DNA from: Eledone cirrhosa
Taxonomy: Eukaryota
DNA length: 64,000 nucleotides
Reading direction: 5' to 3'
Assembly (NCBI GenBank): GCA_964016885.1
Contig: OZ024740.1
Coordinates: forward strand, 173,662,001 to 173,726,000
Both the position numbers and the translations under genes were made by a program. This document shows positions 63,371 to 64,000 of this stretch, in pieces (the stretch's first letter is position 1; each line of letters begins with the position of its first letter). Under the pieces are notes generated by a model. That model saw nothing but the letters and a program-made list of their open reading frames with translations. It was not told the origin of the DNA and made no database searches.

Positions 63371-63871
63371 AGGAATCTTAAGATTTATTTGCAATAACTT
63401 ATAACCGCTTTCACAAGTTTCATGATTTTCAAAAGTTAAATAGATGGATTTTCAATTTTATGAAGAAAGGCGGCTCAAATTGCTATCTGTTTAAAGTATA
63501 ATTTGATTGGCTGAGGATGATCACGTGATTAGGCACCGAATTTGGTGGTACTTCTCCCCCCCCCACCCCCTCAAAAAATCAACAAAAAAAAAAACGGGTG
63601 TGTCATGATTTAGTGAATATGGACAGTGCCAATTCATGTCTGTTTTTCATATGTTCAGTTGTCAAGGAACTTGGTATTGTCTTTGTGGTAATATCCAAAA
63701 TTCCAAAGAACAGGAATTTTCTTTATGTGTGTGTTGTTTGTTTTTTTGTTTCTTGCTATGTCCGAATAATAATAACAATAACAACAACAAAATTATTACC
63801 ATTACCATCACTATGACAATGACAACTATAACAATAATGATCAAATCAGCAAAATGAACAAGAACTGTATG

Positions 63872-63934
<63 letters not shown>

Positions 63935-64000
63935 GTGCATATGTGCGTTGGGTTGTTATGGTTCAGTAAGTAGCCAGGTGTAGAAATATATTTTCTTTAT

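Overview
AT-rich, intron- and repeat-dominated eukaryotic DNA. The repeat repertoire (RTE LINEs with (GAT)n tails, tRNA-head/RTE-tail SINEs, CR1-type LINEs, abundant microsatellites) resembles an octopus/cephalopod genome; this is an inference. One spliced host gene on the + strand can be reconstructed from GT-AG exons with matching phases (13136-13285, 14569-14817, 16906-16972, 19541-19703, 28247-28393, 32229-32379, 58455-58486). It resembles CCDC15, but the exon carrying the conserved C-terminal Cys motif is frameshifted and one exon has a decayed duplicate. The introns hold decayed RTE, CR1, CRE-clade, Penelope, Tc1/mariner (DD37D, DD34D, MITE), piggyBac, hAT and Helitron elements; a mariner copy and a Gypsy-like LTR/gag fragment lie downstream of the gene. 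The most unusual signals are two clusters of minimal hammerhead-ribozyme motifs (29340-29580, 38370-38640), a 25-copy 48-bp array expanded from the hairpin/pseudoknot module of the RTE 3' UTR (48082-49281), a ~900-bp Helitron fold-back palindrome centred on CTAG|TC junctions (54685-55584), perfect short hairpins near the Helitrons, and a possible decayed HDV-like ribozyme at an RTE 5' end. There is no CRISPR array, rRNA or true tRNA gene. All calls were made by eye without database searches, and transposon boundaries are approximate unless TIRs or TSDs are given.
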